The notes under the pieces are model-generated. The model saw only the letters and a program-made list of their open reading frames with translations, was not told where the DNA came from and made no database searches. Below, piece after piece: positions 8,542 to 17,838 of a DNA stretch of 64,000 nt. Within the stretch, counting starts at the first letter, position 1. The number at the start of each line of letters is the position of its first letter. The translations under genes were made by a program, and so were the position numbers. Origin of the DNA: Acidimicrobiales bacterium (GTDB lineage: Bacteria > Actinomycetota > Acidimicrobiia > Acidimicrobiales > RAAP-2); contig DATLSR010000038.1 of the NCBI GenBank assembly GCA_035533995.1, forward strand, positions 12,516-76,515, in the 5' to 3' direction.

Positions 8542-9909
8542 GTGTCCTCCTTCGTCGATAGTGCGCAACTGCACGCTAAAGCGGGCAACGGAGGGGCCGG
8601 TTGCGTGAGTTTTCGCCGTGAGGCCCACGTCGCCAAGGGTGGACCCGACGGCGGCGACGGCGGGCGCGGCGGGGACGTCTGGCTGGAAGCCGACCACAAT
8701 CAAGCCTCACTTCTCGGCTTTCGCGACCACCCCTTTCGCCGCGGCACCGACGGCCAACACGGCACGTCCAAGCGTCAACACGGCTCTCGGGGTAAGGAGA
8801 TCATCGTCTCGGTGCCGGTGGGCACCATGGTCTACACCGCCGAGGGCGAACTGCTCATTGACTTAAAGGGCCCCGGCGATCGCTGGCTCGCGGCAGAGGG
8901 TGGCCTCGGCGGACAGGGCAACGCGCGTTTTCTCTCCAATCAGCGTCGGGCCCCGGCCTTCGCCGAGCAGGGTGAAATCGGCGAGGAGCGTTGGTTGAAC
9001 CTGGAGTTGAAACTTCAAGCCGACGTGGCCCTCATTGGATTTCCGAACGTCGGCAAGTCCACGTTGATCTCGCGCGTCTCCGCGGCGCGCCCGAAGATCG
9101 CCGACTATCCCTTTACGACCCTGGTGCCTAATCTCGGCGTGGTGCGCGTGGGTGCGCGCTCGGCGAAACCGAGCGACGCCACCGAATTCGTGATGGCGGA
9201 CATTCCTGGTCTCATTGAGGGAGCGGCCGAAGGTCGCGGACTGGGACACGACTTTCTACGACACGTCGAACGCGCCCGCGTGCTTTGTGTGCTGCTCGAC
9301 CTCTCGGAGATGGCGCCGAACCCACCGGAGGAACAGTTGACGATACTGCTGGGTGAACTTGGTGACTACCAGGCCGACCTACTAGATCGTCCGCGCGTGG
9401 TCGTGGGTTCCAAGGGCGACGTGGCGGCCTCTGAACTCGAGGGTGTCGAGAGCATCTCGGCCGTGACCGGCGAGGGAATCGACGCTCTCGTCGGTCAACT
9501 TGCCGGACTCGTCACCCGAGCTCGTCACGACGAAGCGGCTGCGCTCGAACACGAGATTGTCGTACACCGCCCTGTTCCCGAAGAGATCACGGTGGAGCGT
9601 ACCGGTGAAAACGGATGGATCGTGGAAGGTCGTGCGGCGAGGCGAGCGGTGCGTTTTCAAGACCTCACCGATGATCAAGCGTTGGCTGAAATTATCCACC
9701 GTCTAAAGGAACTTGGCGTCGACCGACTTTTGACGCGCGCGGGCGTGCACGACGGCGACGTCGTGACGATCGGCACGCTCTCTTTTGAGTGGTGGCGCGA
9801 CGAAGTGGGAACTGGACTCGATCGTGGCGACCACCACCGAGCCACCCGGCGCGAGCGCCTCGCGCGACACGGACGTCTGGACTTAGGGGGCAGTGATGAA
9901 GACGCGTAG
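8542..9909 (+). CDS. obg: GTPase Obg/CgtA
   Basis: Obg fold: FVDSAQLHAKAGNGGAGCVSFRREAHVAKGGPDGGDGGRGGDV. G1 motif GFPNVGKST, G3 motif DIPGLIEGA, and a C-terminal OCT-type domain. Confidence 0.95.
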   Translation: MSSFVDSAQLHAKAGNGGAGCVSFRREAHVAKGGPDGGDGGRGGDVWLEADHNQASLLGFRDHPFRRGTDGQHGTSKRQHGSRGKEIIVSVPVGTMVYTAEGELLIDLKGPGDRWLAAEGGLGGQGNARFLSNQRRAPAFAEQGEIGEERWLNLELKLQADVALIGFPNVGKSTLISRVSAARPKIADYPFTTLVPNLGVVRVGARSAKPSDATEFVMADIPGLIEGAAEGRGLGHDFLRHVERARVLCVLLDLSEMAPNPPEEQLTILLGELGDYQADLLDRPRVVVGSKGDVAASELEGVESISAVTGEGIDALVGQLAGLVTRARHDEAAALEHEIVVHRPVPEEITVERTGENGWIVEGRAARRAVRFQDLTDDQALAEIIHRLKELGVDRLLTRAGVHDGDVVTIGTLSFEWWRDEVGTGLDRGDHHRATRRERLARHGRLDLGGSDEDA

Positions 9910-10966
9910 CGTGGTCGTCAAAATCGGCACCACCTCGGTGACCGACGAAGTCGGCAACGTGGCCTACGACGTGTTAGTCGGCGTCGCCGCCGATGTCGTT
10001 ACGCTGCGCGACGAAGGTTGGTCAGTCGTTGTCGTGACGTCGGGCGCGATTACGGCCGGTTGGGCCGAAGTTGGTCAGTCCAAACCTCGCCCACGTGACG
10101 CCGTCACCCTTCAGGCGGTGTCGGCCGTGGGTCAGCCACTGTTGATGCACGCGTGGCGCAACGCCTTTGGCGAAATGGGCGCGGCGGTTGGCCAAGTGCT
10201 GCTCGCGCCTCTGGACTTCTCCCACCGCGGTCAGTACTTGCACGCGCGCGGAACCCTCGAGGCGCTCGCGGGACTGAACGTCATCGCGATCGTCAACGAG
10301 AACGACGCCGTGGCTGATGAAGAGATTCGTTTTGGTGATAATGACCGTCTCGCGGCGCTGGTCGCCAATCTCGTGGGCGCTTCACACCTCGTGCTCTTGA
10401 CCGATACCGACGGGCTCTTAACCGCCGATCCCCGTCTGGACGCCTCGGCGACGCTCATCGAAGAGGTCACGGCCTTTGACGCCGATCTTCTTGAAGCGGC
10501 CGGTTCGAGTCACTCGAAGGTCGGCAGCGGGGGAATGGCGTCAAAGTTGGCCGCGGCGCACATGGCCACCTGGTCTGGTGTCACGACGGTCATCGCGCCC
10601 GCGCGGGCCCACCACGCGTTGCGACAGTCACTCGAGGGCAACACCAGTTTTGGAACCACCTTCCATCCCCGCCCCGGCCGCCTTTCGGCGAGGAAGTCCT
10701 GGATTGCTTTTGCGGTGGCCAGCCACGGCTCGATCACCATTAATGAGGGGGCCGCGCGCGCGCTCGAGGAGAAGGGCCGAAGTTTATTGCGCGTTGGCGT
10801 TGAATCCTTTAGCGGGACCTTCGTCGAGGGTGACGCCGTTGAGGTGAAGGGCCTAAAGGGCGAAACGATCGCCAAGGGACTGGTGCGCGTATCGGCGGAG
10901 TCTTTCGCCGAGGGTGACGACGTTGTCGTGCACCGCGACGATCTCGTTCTCTTACGGCGAGTGTAA
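9893..10966 (+). CDS. proB: Glutamate 5-kinase
   Basis: VVKIGTTSVT..., the amino-acid kinase fold, and a C-terminal PUA-like segment (GSITINEGAARALEEKGRSLL). It overlaps the obg 3' end by 17 nt. Confidence 0.9.
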   Translation: MMKTRSVVVKIGTTSVTDEVGNVAYDVLVGVAADVVTLRDEGWSVVVVTSGAITAGWAEVGQSKPRPRDAVTLQAVSAVGQPLLMHAWRNAFGEMGAAVGQVLLAPLDFSHRGQYLHARGTLEALAGLNVIAIVNENDAVADEEIRFGDNDRLAALVANLVGASHLVLLTDTDGLLTADPRLDASATLIEEVTAFDADLLEAAGSSHSKVGSGGMASKLAAAHMATWSGVTTVIAPARAHHALRQSLEGNTSFGTTFHPRPGRLSARKSWIAFAVASHGSITINEGAARALEEKGRSLLRVGVESFSGTFVEGDAVEVKGLKGETIAKGLVRVSAESFAEGDDVVVHRDDLVLLRRV

Positions 10967-10988
10967 CGACGCCTATTACGATTGGACT

Positions 10989-12224
10989 ATGACGACGCGT
11001 GAATTAGCGGCCCAGGGCGCCGCGGTGAAGCAAGCGGCCGTCGCATTGGGACAGGCCAGCGACGGCCAACGTCGAGGGGCTCTCCTGCGCGTGGCCGACC
11101 GGCTCGAAGAGGTCTTAGAGGACCTGGTCGCCGTGAACGCGCTCGATCTCGAGGACTACGACGAGTCGGGACCGGGTCGTGACCGCCTCACGCTCACCAA
11201 AGAGCGTGTGCTCACAATGGCGAACGCTCTACGAGAGATCGCTGACGCGCCCGACCCACTCTTTGAAGTGCTCAATCAAAGCGTTCGTCCCAACGGCCTC
11301 CAGATCGAGCGCCTGCGGGTACCGCTGGGCGTGATTGGCGTGGTCTATGAAAATCGGCCCAACGTCACGAGTGACGTGGCGGGACTGTGCGTACGAAGTG
11401 GCAACGCCGCCTTTCTTCGAGGATCATCCTCGGCGATGAGGACCAACGCCTTCATCGTCGGACTTTGGCAAAGGGCGCTCGAAGATGAGGGACTACCCGA
11501 GGCGGGCGTCGAGCTCGTCCAAGACCCCTCGCACGAAACGGTGGCTGAATTCATGCAGCTCACCGAGGTGCTCGACTGTCTCATTCCTCGCGGTGGCCCC
11601 AGCCTGATCGAGGCCATGCGCGAGTACGCGCGCGTTCCCTACGTCCTCGACGGTGACGGGAACTGTCACGTCTTCGTCGACGACTCGGCCAACCTCGAGG
11701 CCGCCGTGGCCATCGTCAAAAACGCCAAGACCTCTCGCCCCGGCGTCTGTAACGCCGTCGAGACGGTACTCGTGCACGAGTCCGTCGCGGCGTCGTTCTT
11801 GCCCGCGCTCGCGCTCGCCATACCCGAGGTCGAACTCCGCGTCGACGGCGCCGCGAGGAAAATCTTGCCCCAAGCGATCCTCGCGAACGACGTCGACTAC
11901 GCCACGGAGTTTCTCGATTTGATTCTGGCCGTCAAGGTTGTTCAGTCGCTGGACGAGGCCATCGAGCACGTCGCACGCTTTGGCACCGGCCACAGTGAAG
12001 CCATCCTTACCGAGAACGCGGAGCACGCCGAGGCGTGGATACGGCGCGTCGACGCCGCCGCGGTATTGGTGAACACGTCGACGCGCTTCATCGACGGGGG
12101 CGAGTTGGGATTAGGGGGAGAAGTTGGTATTTCAACACAGAAGTTGCACGCTCGGGGCCCCATGGGACTTCGTGAATTGACCTGCTTGAAATGGGTAGTA
12201 CGAGGAGAGGGACAAGTTCGATGA
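10989..12224 (+). CDS. proA: Gamma-glutamyl phosphate reductase
   Basis: ALDH-type fold with the catalytic Cys context SRPGVCNAVETVLVH. ATG 10989 (MTTRELAAQG...) is preferred over the upstream ORF start, which lies inside proB. Confidence 0.9.
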   Translation: MTTRELAAQGAAVKQAAVALGQASDGQRRGALLRVADRLEEVLEDLVAVNALDLEDYDESGPGRDRLTLTKERVLTMANALREIADAPDPLFEVLNQSVRPNGLQIERLRVPLGVIGVVYENRPNVTSDVAGLCVRSGNAAFLRGSSSAMRTNAFIVGLWQRALEDEGLPEAGVELVQDPSHETVAEFMQLTEVLDCLIPRGGPSLIEAMREYARVPYVLDGDGNCHVFVDDSANLEAAVAIVKNAKTSRPGVCNAVETVLVHESVAASFLPALALAIPEVELRVDGAARKILPQAILANDVDYATEFLDLILAVKVVQSLDEAIEHVARFGTGHSEAILTENAEHAEAWIRRVDAAAVLVNTSTRFIDGGELGLGGEVGISTQKLHARGPMGLRELTCLKWVVRGEGQVR

Positions 12225-13168
12225 GCGCATTAGATCCGAGAGAAGAGCTCGCCCAGCGACTCGGACTGACGAGTGTGCCACCGGTGCGCTTTGAATCGCC
12301 CGAGGAGGTACAGAAGCTCCTCGCGGAGAACGACTACCTCAGTGATGAGGCGATTGCGTCGGTCACCTACCTCGCGGACCGCCTCGCCAAGCCCGTCCTT
12401 ATCGAAGGACCGGCCGGTACGGGCAAGACCGCCCTCGCCAAAGCCGTCGCCGACTCCATTGGTGCTCGGCTCATTCGCCTTCAGTGTTACGAGGGACTCG
12501 ATGAGTCCAAGGCGCTCTATGAGTGGAACTATCGCAAGCAGCTCTTGCGCATTCAGGCCGGACGTCCCGAGGGCGCGGGAAGCGAAGAGTGGCACCATCT
12601 AGAAGAGGACATCTTCGCTGAGGAGTTCATGCTCACGCGACCCCTGCTCGAAGCCATCTCCGCGACCGACCCCGTCGTACTGCTCATCGACGAAGTAGAC
12701 CGAGTGGAACTCGAGACTGAAGCGCTGATGCTCGAAATTCTCTCGGAGTACCAAGTTTCAATTCCCGAGCTCGGCACCATTCGTGCCAAACAGATCCCCA
12801 TGGTCTTTTTGACTTCGAATAACACGCGCGAACTCTCCGAAGCGCTGAAGCGTCGTTGTCTGTACCTCTACGTGGGCTATCCCACCGTGCAGCGTGAGCG
12901 CGACATCATCCTTTCGCGCGTGCCGGGCATTTCGAGTGCACTGGCCGAGCAGATTGCCCAAGTCGTTCGATCGCTGCGCACCATCGATCTAAAGAAAGCG
13001 CCTTCGGTCTCTGAGACCCTGGACTGGGCGCGCACCCTCGTGGTGCTCGGTCGAAGTGAGATCGGCGACCAAGACGTTGCTGCGACGTTGCACATCTTGT
13101 TGAAGTACCAGTCCGACATCGATCGAGCCTCCAAGGAGATGCTCGGCCGTTCGAGGCCCGTTGCTTAA
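12221..13168 (+). CDS. MoxR-family AAA+ ATPase
   Basis: Walker A GPAGTGKT and Walker B LLIDEVDR, with MoxR-typical length (about 315 aa). ATG 12221 overlaps the proA TGA (ATGA). Confidence 0.85.
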   Translation: MSALDPREELAQRLGLTSVPPVRFESPEEVQKLLAENDYLSDEAIASVTYLADRLAKPVLIEGPAGTGKTALAKAVADSIGARLIRLQCYEGLDESKALYEWNYRKQLLRIQAGRPEGAGSEEWHHLEEDIFAEEFMLTRPLLEAISATDPVVLLIDEVDRVELETEALMLEILSEYQVSIPELGTIRAKQIPMVFLTSNNTRELSEALKRRCLYLYVGYPTVQRERDIILSRVPGISSALAEQIAQVVRSLRTIDLKKAPSVSETLDWARTLVVLGRSEIGDQDVAATLHILLKYQSDIDRASKEMLGRSRPVA

Positions 13169-14597
13169 CCTCCTCGGTGACTTCATTGGCGAACTGCGAT
13201 CGGCCGGCATCCCCGTCTCGATGAGCGAACACGTCGACGCCGCGCGCGCCATTGACGTCATCAACCTCGGTAGTCGTTCGTTGGTGCGAGCGACTTTGGC
13301 CGCGACGCTCGTTAAGGACAGCGATCACCTGCCGGTCTTTAACACCGCCTTTGACGTCTTCTTCGCGATTCGTTCGTGGGACAGCGCCGAGGCGCTACTT
13401 CGTGGCGAGTCCGACGACGGAGCGAACGAGAGCGATGAAGCTGATGGTGGGGCCGGTCCGGGACAGGCCCGCGGCCAAGGCGGTGGTGGCGGATCGTCGA
13501 TGAGCGCGCAAGAACTCTCCGAACTGCTCTTTCGAGCACTTCGTGACGGAGACCGAAACAGCATGCGTTTTGGCGCGAGCGAGGCGGTCACGCGTTACGC
13601 CGGCATGGAACCTGGTCGACCGGTCGGCGGTACCTACTACCTCTATCGAACGCTGCGCAGTCTCGATCTTGAGGCACTCCAGCAACGACTCCTCGACGGC
13701 GCGCTCGGAAGCGGTGACGACGTACTGAGCGAGCGACTCGCCCACGACGACGTCACGTCGCGCATCGAACAACTCAAAGCGGAGATCGAACGCGAGATTA
13801 GGGAACGACTCGTCGAGGACCGCGGATCCGAAGCTCTCGCGAAGTCCGTTCGCAAACCTCTGCCCGAGGACCTGGACGTGATGCACGCCAACCGCGAAGA
13901 GATGGCGCAACTCGAGCGGGCGCTGCGCCCGCTTAGTCGCAAACTCGCGGTCCGCTTAGCGCGCAAGCGCCGCCGGCGTCGTCGCGGACCGGTCGATCTG
14001 CGTCACACCGTTCGTCGCAGTCTCTCCACCGGGGGCGTGCCGATCGATCTTCGCTTTAAGCCACCGCGCCCCGCCAAGCCCGAAATCTTCGTGATCGCGG
14101 ACGTTTCTGGATCGGTGGCCTCGTTCGCTCGATTTACGCTGCACCTCGTGCACGCGATCAGTTCGCAGTTCTCCAAAGTGCGCAGCTTTGTCTTCGTCGA
14201 CGGCCTCGATGAAGTCACGCGACTCTTTGACGGAGTCGAAGACCCGGCGGAAGCCGTCGCGCGCATCAACGCCGAGGCCGACGTAATTGCCTTTGACGGA
14301 CACTCGGACTACGGGCGCGCCCTCGTCACCTTTCACGATCGCTTCGCGAGGGACTTGACCAAGCGCTCGACCGTGTTGATCCTTGGCGACGCACGCAATA
14401 ACTACCACCAGGCACACGCCGAGATCCTGGCCGATCTGCACTACCGAGCGAAGGGCGTCTACTGGCTAAACCCGGAGCCCACGAGTTACTGGAACAGTGG
14501 TGACTCGATTATCAGTCAGTACGCGCCGTACTGCAATCGCGTGATCGAATGTCGCACCCTTCGCCAACTCGAGGCGTTCGTAGGAGAGTTGGCGTGA
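13161..14597 (+). CDS. VWA-domain protein, CoxE-like (partner of the MoxR ATPase)
   Basis: CoxE-like N-terminus (LRSAGIPVSMSEHVDAARA), a central acidic/Gly-rich linker, a poly-Arg stretch (ARKRRRRRRGP), and a C-terminal VWA with the MIDAS motif DVSGS. The TTG start overlaps the moxR 3' end by 8 nt. Confidence 0.8.
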   Translation: MLNLLGDFIGELRSAGIPVSMSEHVDAARAIDVINLGSRSLVRATLAATLVKDSDHLPVFNTAFDVFFAIRSWDSAEALLRGESDDGANESDEADGGAGPGQARGQGGGGGSSMSAQELSELLFRALRDGDRNSMRFGASEAVTRYAGMEPGRPVGGTYYLYRTLRSLDLEALQQRLLDGALGSGDDVLSERLAHDDVTSRIEQLKAEIEREIRERLVEDRGSEALAKSVRKPLPEDLDVMHANREEMAQLERALRPLSRKLAVRLARKRRRRRRGPVDLRHTVRRSLSTGGVPIDLRFKPPRPAKPEIFVIADVSGSVASFARFTLHLVHAISSQFSKVRSFVFVDGLDEVTRLFDGVEDPAEAVARINAEADVIAFDGHSDYGRALVTFHDRFARDLTKRSTVLILGDARNNYHQAHAEILADLHYRAKGVYWLNPEPTSYWNSGDSIISQYAPYCNRVIECRTLRQLEAFVGELA

Positions 14598-15280
14598 GTT
14601 TCGACGAAAACTTACCGCCCGAGGGTTTTCGCCAGCGCGGCTTAGCGCCCACCGAAACAAGATTGCTGCTTATTCGCCACGGCGAAAGTTACGCCAACTT
14701 ACATGGCGTCGCCGGAGGGCCACGGGGCGACGGGGGACTCACCGACGCTGGTCGCGCACAGGCGCGAGCCTTGGCGCGGCGACTCGCCATTACGAGAGAG
14801 TTGGCGAGCGCGAGCGCGTTGTACACCTCGACCCTGCCCCGGGCCATCGAGACCGGCGCCATTGTCTTTCCCGCGATCAACGCTTCGCTAGAACCCACGG
14901 CGGACGAGTCTTTGTGCGAGCTCGGCGTGGGCGAGGCGGACGGACTGACCTGGACGGAGATTGGTCGTCGCTACGCCGCGCCCAACTGGGACGTCGATCC
15001 CTCTCAGACCAACGTACCCGGTGGCGAATCACTCCTCGAATTCTTCCAACGCTGCGTCGAGGCCATAGAGCGGCTCGTTGCCCGTCACCCCAGAGAGTTG
15101 GTCGTCCTGGTCGTGCACGGTGGTTTCATCGAACAGGCCATGAAGCTCTACCAGGGCTTTGGCGGTGGCGTTCGTATGCAACCACGAATCGAGAACTGCT
15201 CAATGACCGAAATCGAGTTCGCCAGCGATTATCGCCGACTACTTCGCTACAACGATCTCTCACCGATTGGTGTTGAGTAG
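14594..15280 (+). CDS. Histidine phosphatase (phosphoglycerate-mutase superfamily) protein
   Basis: RHG motif in LLLIRHGESYAN and a downstream VVHGG motif. GTG 14594 overlaps the VWA-gene TGA (GTGA). Confidence 0.8.
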   Translation: MSFDENLPPEGFRQRGLAPTETRLLLIRHGESYANLHGVAGGPRGDGGLTDAGRAQARALARRLAITRELASASALYTSTLPRAIETGAIVFPAINASLEPTADESLCELGVGEADGLTWTEIGRRYAAPNWDVDPSQTNVPGGESLLEFFQRCVEAIERLVARHPRELVVLVVHGGFIEQAMKLYQGFGGGVRMQPRIENCSMTEIEFASDYRRLLRYNDLSPIGVE

Positions 15281-16629
15281 CGCTGGAGGAACTCCGCTAC
15301 GTGAAAGGCCATGTCCAGACTCTGGGTGGCGTTGAGACGCGGGTCACAGATCGAGGTGTAGTTCTGATCGAGGTCGGACTCACTGAGCCGTGAACCCCCG
15401 CCGAGACACTCGGTCACGTCGTCTCCCGTGAGTTCAACGTGCAAACCACCGGGCCAGGTGCCCAGGGCTTGGTGGACCAGGAAGAACTGTGAGGTCTCAG
15501 AGAGCACGTCGTCGAAGCGTCGGGTCTTTTGACCGCCCGAAGCCACGAAGGTATTGCCGTGCATCGGGTCACAGGCCCAGAGTTCACTTCGTCCGTCGTC
15601 ACGTAGTCCCTCAATGAGCGGGGGCAAGAGCTCACTGACGCGCTCGTGTCCCATGCGCGAGATCAAAGTGAGACGACCGGGCACGTTCGTGGGATTGAGA
15701 ACGTCACAGAGTTGGCGCAGTTCGTCAACGCCCATGCTCGGCCCGACTTTGAGACCGAGGGGATTCGCGACGCCGCGCAGGAAGTTGACGTGCGCGCCGT
15801 CGAGCTGGCGCGTGCGGTCGCCAATCCAGAGCAAGTGCGCCGAACAGTCGTACCAGTCGCCCGTGAGCGAGTCGCGACGCGTGAGAGCCTGCTCGTAGGG
15901 GAGGATGAGCGCTTCGTGGCTGGTGTAGAAGTCAACGCCTTGTAAGGCGCCATCGTCGTGAAGGTCAATGCCACAAGCCTTCATGAACTGCAACGCCCGC
16001 TCTATCTCGTCGGCGATGACTTCGTAGCGTTTGCCTTCGAGCGAATTAGCGACGAACTCTTGGTTCCAAGCGTGCACGCGCGACAAGGCGGCGAAACCAC
16101 CGGTCGTGAAGGCGCGCAACAAGTTAAGAGTCGAGACGCTTTGGTGATAGGCGCCGAGCAGTCGTTCGGGGTCGGGGCGTCGGGCCTCGGCACTGAACTC
16201 CTCAGAGTTGACGATGTGGCCTCGAAAGGTCTCGAAACGCTGACCCTCGCGTTCTTCGAACTCCTCAGAGCGGGGCTTGGCGAACTGACCCGCGATGCGG
16301 CCGACTTTGATGACCGGCACGCCCGAGGCGTAGGTGAGAGCCACCGCCATCTGCAAGATGACCTTGAGTTTGTCGCGAATGGCGTCGGCCGAACTTTCGT
16401 CAAAGGACTCGGCGCAGTCGCCCGCCTGGAGAAGAAAGGCCTTTCCGTTGGCAACTTGGGCGAGATGATCCTGGAGGCGTCGAGCCTCACCGGCAAAGAC
16501 GAGTGGCGGCTTTTTAGCGAGCTCGGCTTCGACGCGTTCGAGATGCGCGAGGTCGGGCCACGTGGGACTTTGTGCCACGGGGTACTCGCGCCACGTCGTG
16601 GGCGTCCACTCGAGTGACGGCGTTTCCAT
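15247..16629 (-). CDS. Class II 3-deoxy-7-phosphoheptulonate (DAHP) synthase
   Basis: 460 aa. Class-II hallmarks are present: N-terminal WREYPVAQSPTWPD, LLQAGDCAESF, GRIAGQFAKPRS. The 3' end overlaps the convergent phosphatase gene by 34 nt. Confidence 0.9.
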   Translation of the reverse strand: METPSLEWTPTTWREYPVAQSPTWPDLAHLERVEAELAKKPPLVFAGEARRLQDHLAQVANGKAFLLQAGDCAESFDESSADAIRDKLKVILQMAVALTYASGVPVIKVGRIAGQFAKPRSEEFEEREGQRFETFRGHIVNSEEFSAEARRPDPERLLGAYHQSVSTLNLLRAFTTGGFAALSRVHAWNQEFVANSLEGKRYEVIADEIERALQFMKACGIDLHDDGALQGVDFYTSHEALILPYEQALTRRDSLTGDWYDCSAHLLWIGDRTRQLDGAHVNFLRGVANPLGLKVGPSMGVDELRQLCDVLNPTNVPGRLTLISRMGHERVSELLPPLIEGLRDDGRSELWACDPMHGNTFVASGGQKTRRFDDVLSETSQFFLVHQALGTWPGGLHVELTGDDVTECLGGGSRLSESDLDQNYTSICDPRLNATQSLDMAFHVAEFLQRYSTPIGERSL

Positions 16630-16683
16630 CTAGTAAGCGTAGGGGGTCTGTAACCAAACGGTCAATCCCGTTAGTCTTGGGCG

Positions 16684-17253
16684 GTGAAAGTACGGCGCCT
16701 CGGTCTCTTTGGTGGGACCTTTGATCCGCCCCACTTTGGTCACGTCGCCGCGCTCGAAGCCGCCGCCTTGAGTGGTCGATTCGACCGCCTCGAAGTGACC
16801 GTGGCTGGTGATCCCTACCAAAAGAGCACCGCGACGCTCGTACGTCCAGCGTCACTTCGCCTCGCCATGGCGCACGCGGCCTTCGATGATCTGCCCCTCG
16901 TGCACGTCTCAGATCTCGAGATCCGCCGTCAGGGTCCTTCGTACACGATCGACACCGTTCGCGAGCTCTTCGCCGTAGCCGACGCCATCGATCTCATCGT
17001 CGGAGCGGACTTGGCGATGCAACTCGAAGGCTGGCACGACGCCGAACAACTCCGTGAATTAGTGGAAGTGGGCATCGTCCCTCGGCCCGGATCGGTCACC
17101 CTGGAACCCTATGGATGGCGCTGTTACGAGATTCCAATGGACCCGGTGGACCTCTCCAGTCGTTACATCCGCGCCCTAACACCGAGCGCCGAAAACCTCA
17201 GAAAACTAATCCCCGCCGCTGTTATTCCGCTCTTTGAGGGGGCTCCGGGCTAG
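16684..17253 (+). CDS. nadD: Nicotinate-nucleotide adenylyltransferase
   Basis: GLFGGTFDPPHFGHV (HxGH motif), 189 aa, upstream of rsfS as in many bacteria. Confidence 0.9.
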   Translation: MKVRRLGLFGGTFDPPHFGHVAALEAAALSGRFDRLEVTVAGDPYQKSTATLVRPASLRLAMAHAAFDDLPLVHVSDLEIRRQGPSYTIDTVRELFAVADAIDLIVGADLAMQLEGWHDAEQLRELVEVGIVPRPGSVTLEPYGWRCYEIPMDPVDLSSRYIRALTPSAENLRKLIPAAVIPLFEGAPG

Positions 17254-17263
17254 GGTTGGCGTA

Positions 17264-17440
17264 ATGGCAGTTCGTGTTTTTGACCTGACCGAACCACAGT
17301 CTTCACGGCTGGAGGTTGTGGACGCGACGCCGCGACGCCGAGATCTACGACGCACGAGGCAGCGTTCCGCGCTTCTCGGCCTCCTGCTCCTCGCCGTTCC
17401 ATTCTTTGGCGCACTCATTCTGCTCGGAGTTTCCCACTGA
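17264..17440 (+). CDS. Candidate small tail-anchored membrane protein (58 aa from ATG 17264)
   Basis: The ORF exactly fills the nadD-rsfS gap. It has an Arg-rich N-terminal half and one C-terminal hydrophobic helix (ALLGLLLLAVPFFGALILLGV). There is no clear RBS and I recognise no homology. Confidence 0.35.
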   Translation: MAVRVFDLTEPQSSRLEVVDATPRRRDLRRTRQRSALLGLLLLAVPFFGALILLGVSH

Positions 17441-17448
17441 GTGAGATC

Positions 17449-17838
17449 GTGACCAGCAGCGAGTTCGCTCGCGGCCCTTACTCCGCTTACGTCTCCACCC
17501 TCGTTAACGCAGCCGTCGTCGCGGCCGAGGAGAAGATTGCTCTGGACACCGTCGTGCTCGACTTGCGCGATCTCATCGACGCCTTCGACGCTCTCGTCGT
17601 GACCTCGGGTCGCAACGACCGTCAAGTGCGCGCCATCGCTGAAGAGATCGAACGTTTGATCGAACTGGCTCTGGACGTAAAGCCCATCAGCGTCGAGGGA
17701 CTCGTCCAAGGTGAGTGGGTCGCGCTCGACTACGGCGACGTCATCGTGCACGTCTTTGATGAGTCCACGCGCGACTACTACGACTTAGAGCACCTCTGGA
17801 ACAGTGCGCCAGCGCTGCGGCCCCTGCCTACTCACTAA
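17449..17838 (+). CDS. rsfS: Ribosome silencing factor RsfS
   Basis: 129 aa with DYGDVIVHVFDESTRDYYDLEHLW, the typical RsfS C-terminal signature. It lies downstream of nadD. Confidence 0.9.
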   Translation: MTSSEFARGPYSAYVSTLVNAAVVAAEEKIALDTVVLDLRDLIDAFDALVVTSGRNDRQVRAIAEEIERLIELALDVKPISVEGLVQGEWVALDYGDVIVHVFDESTRDYYDLEHLWNSAPALRPLPTH

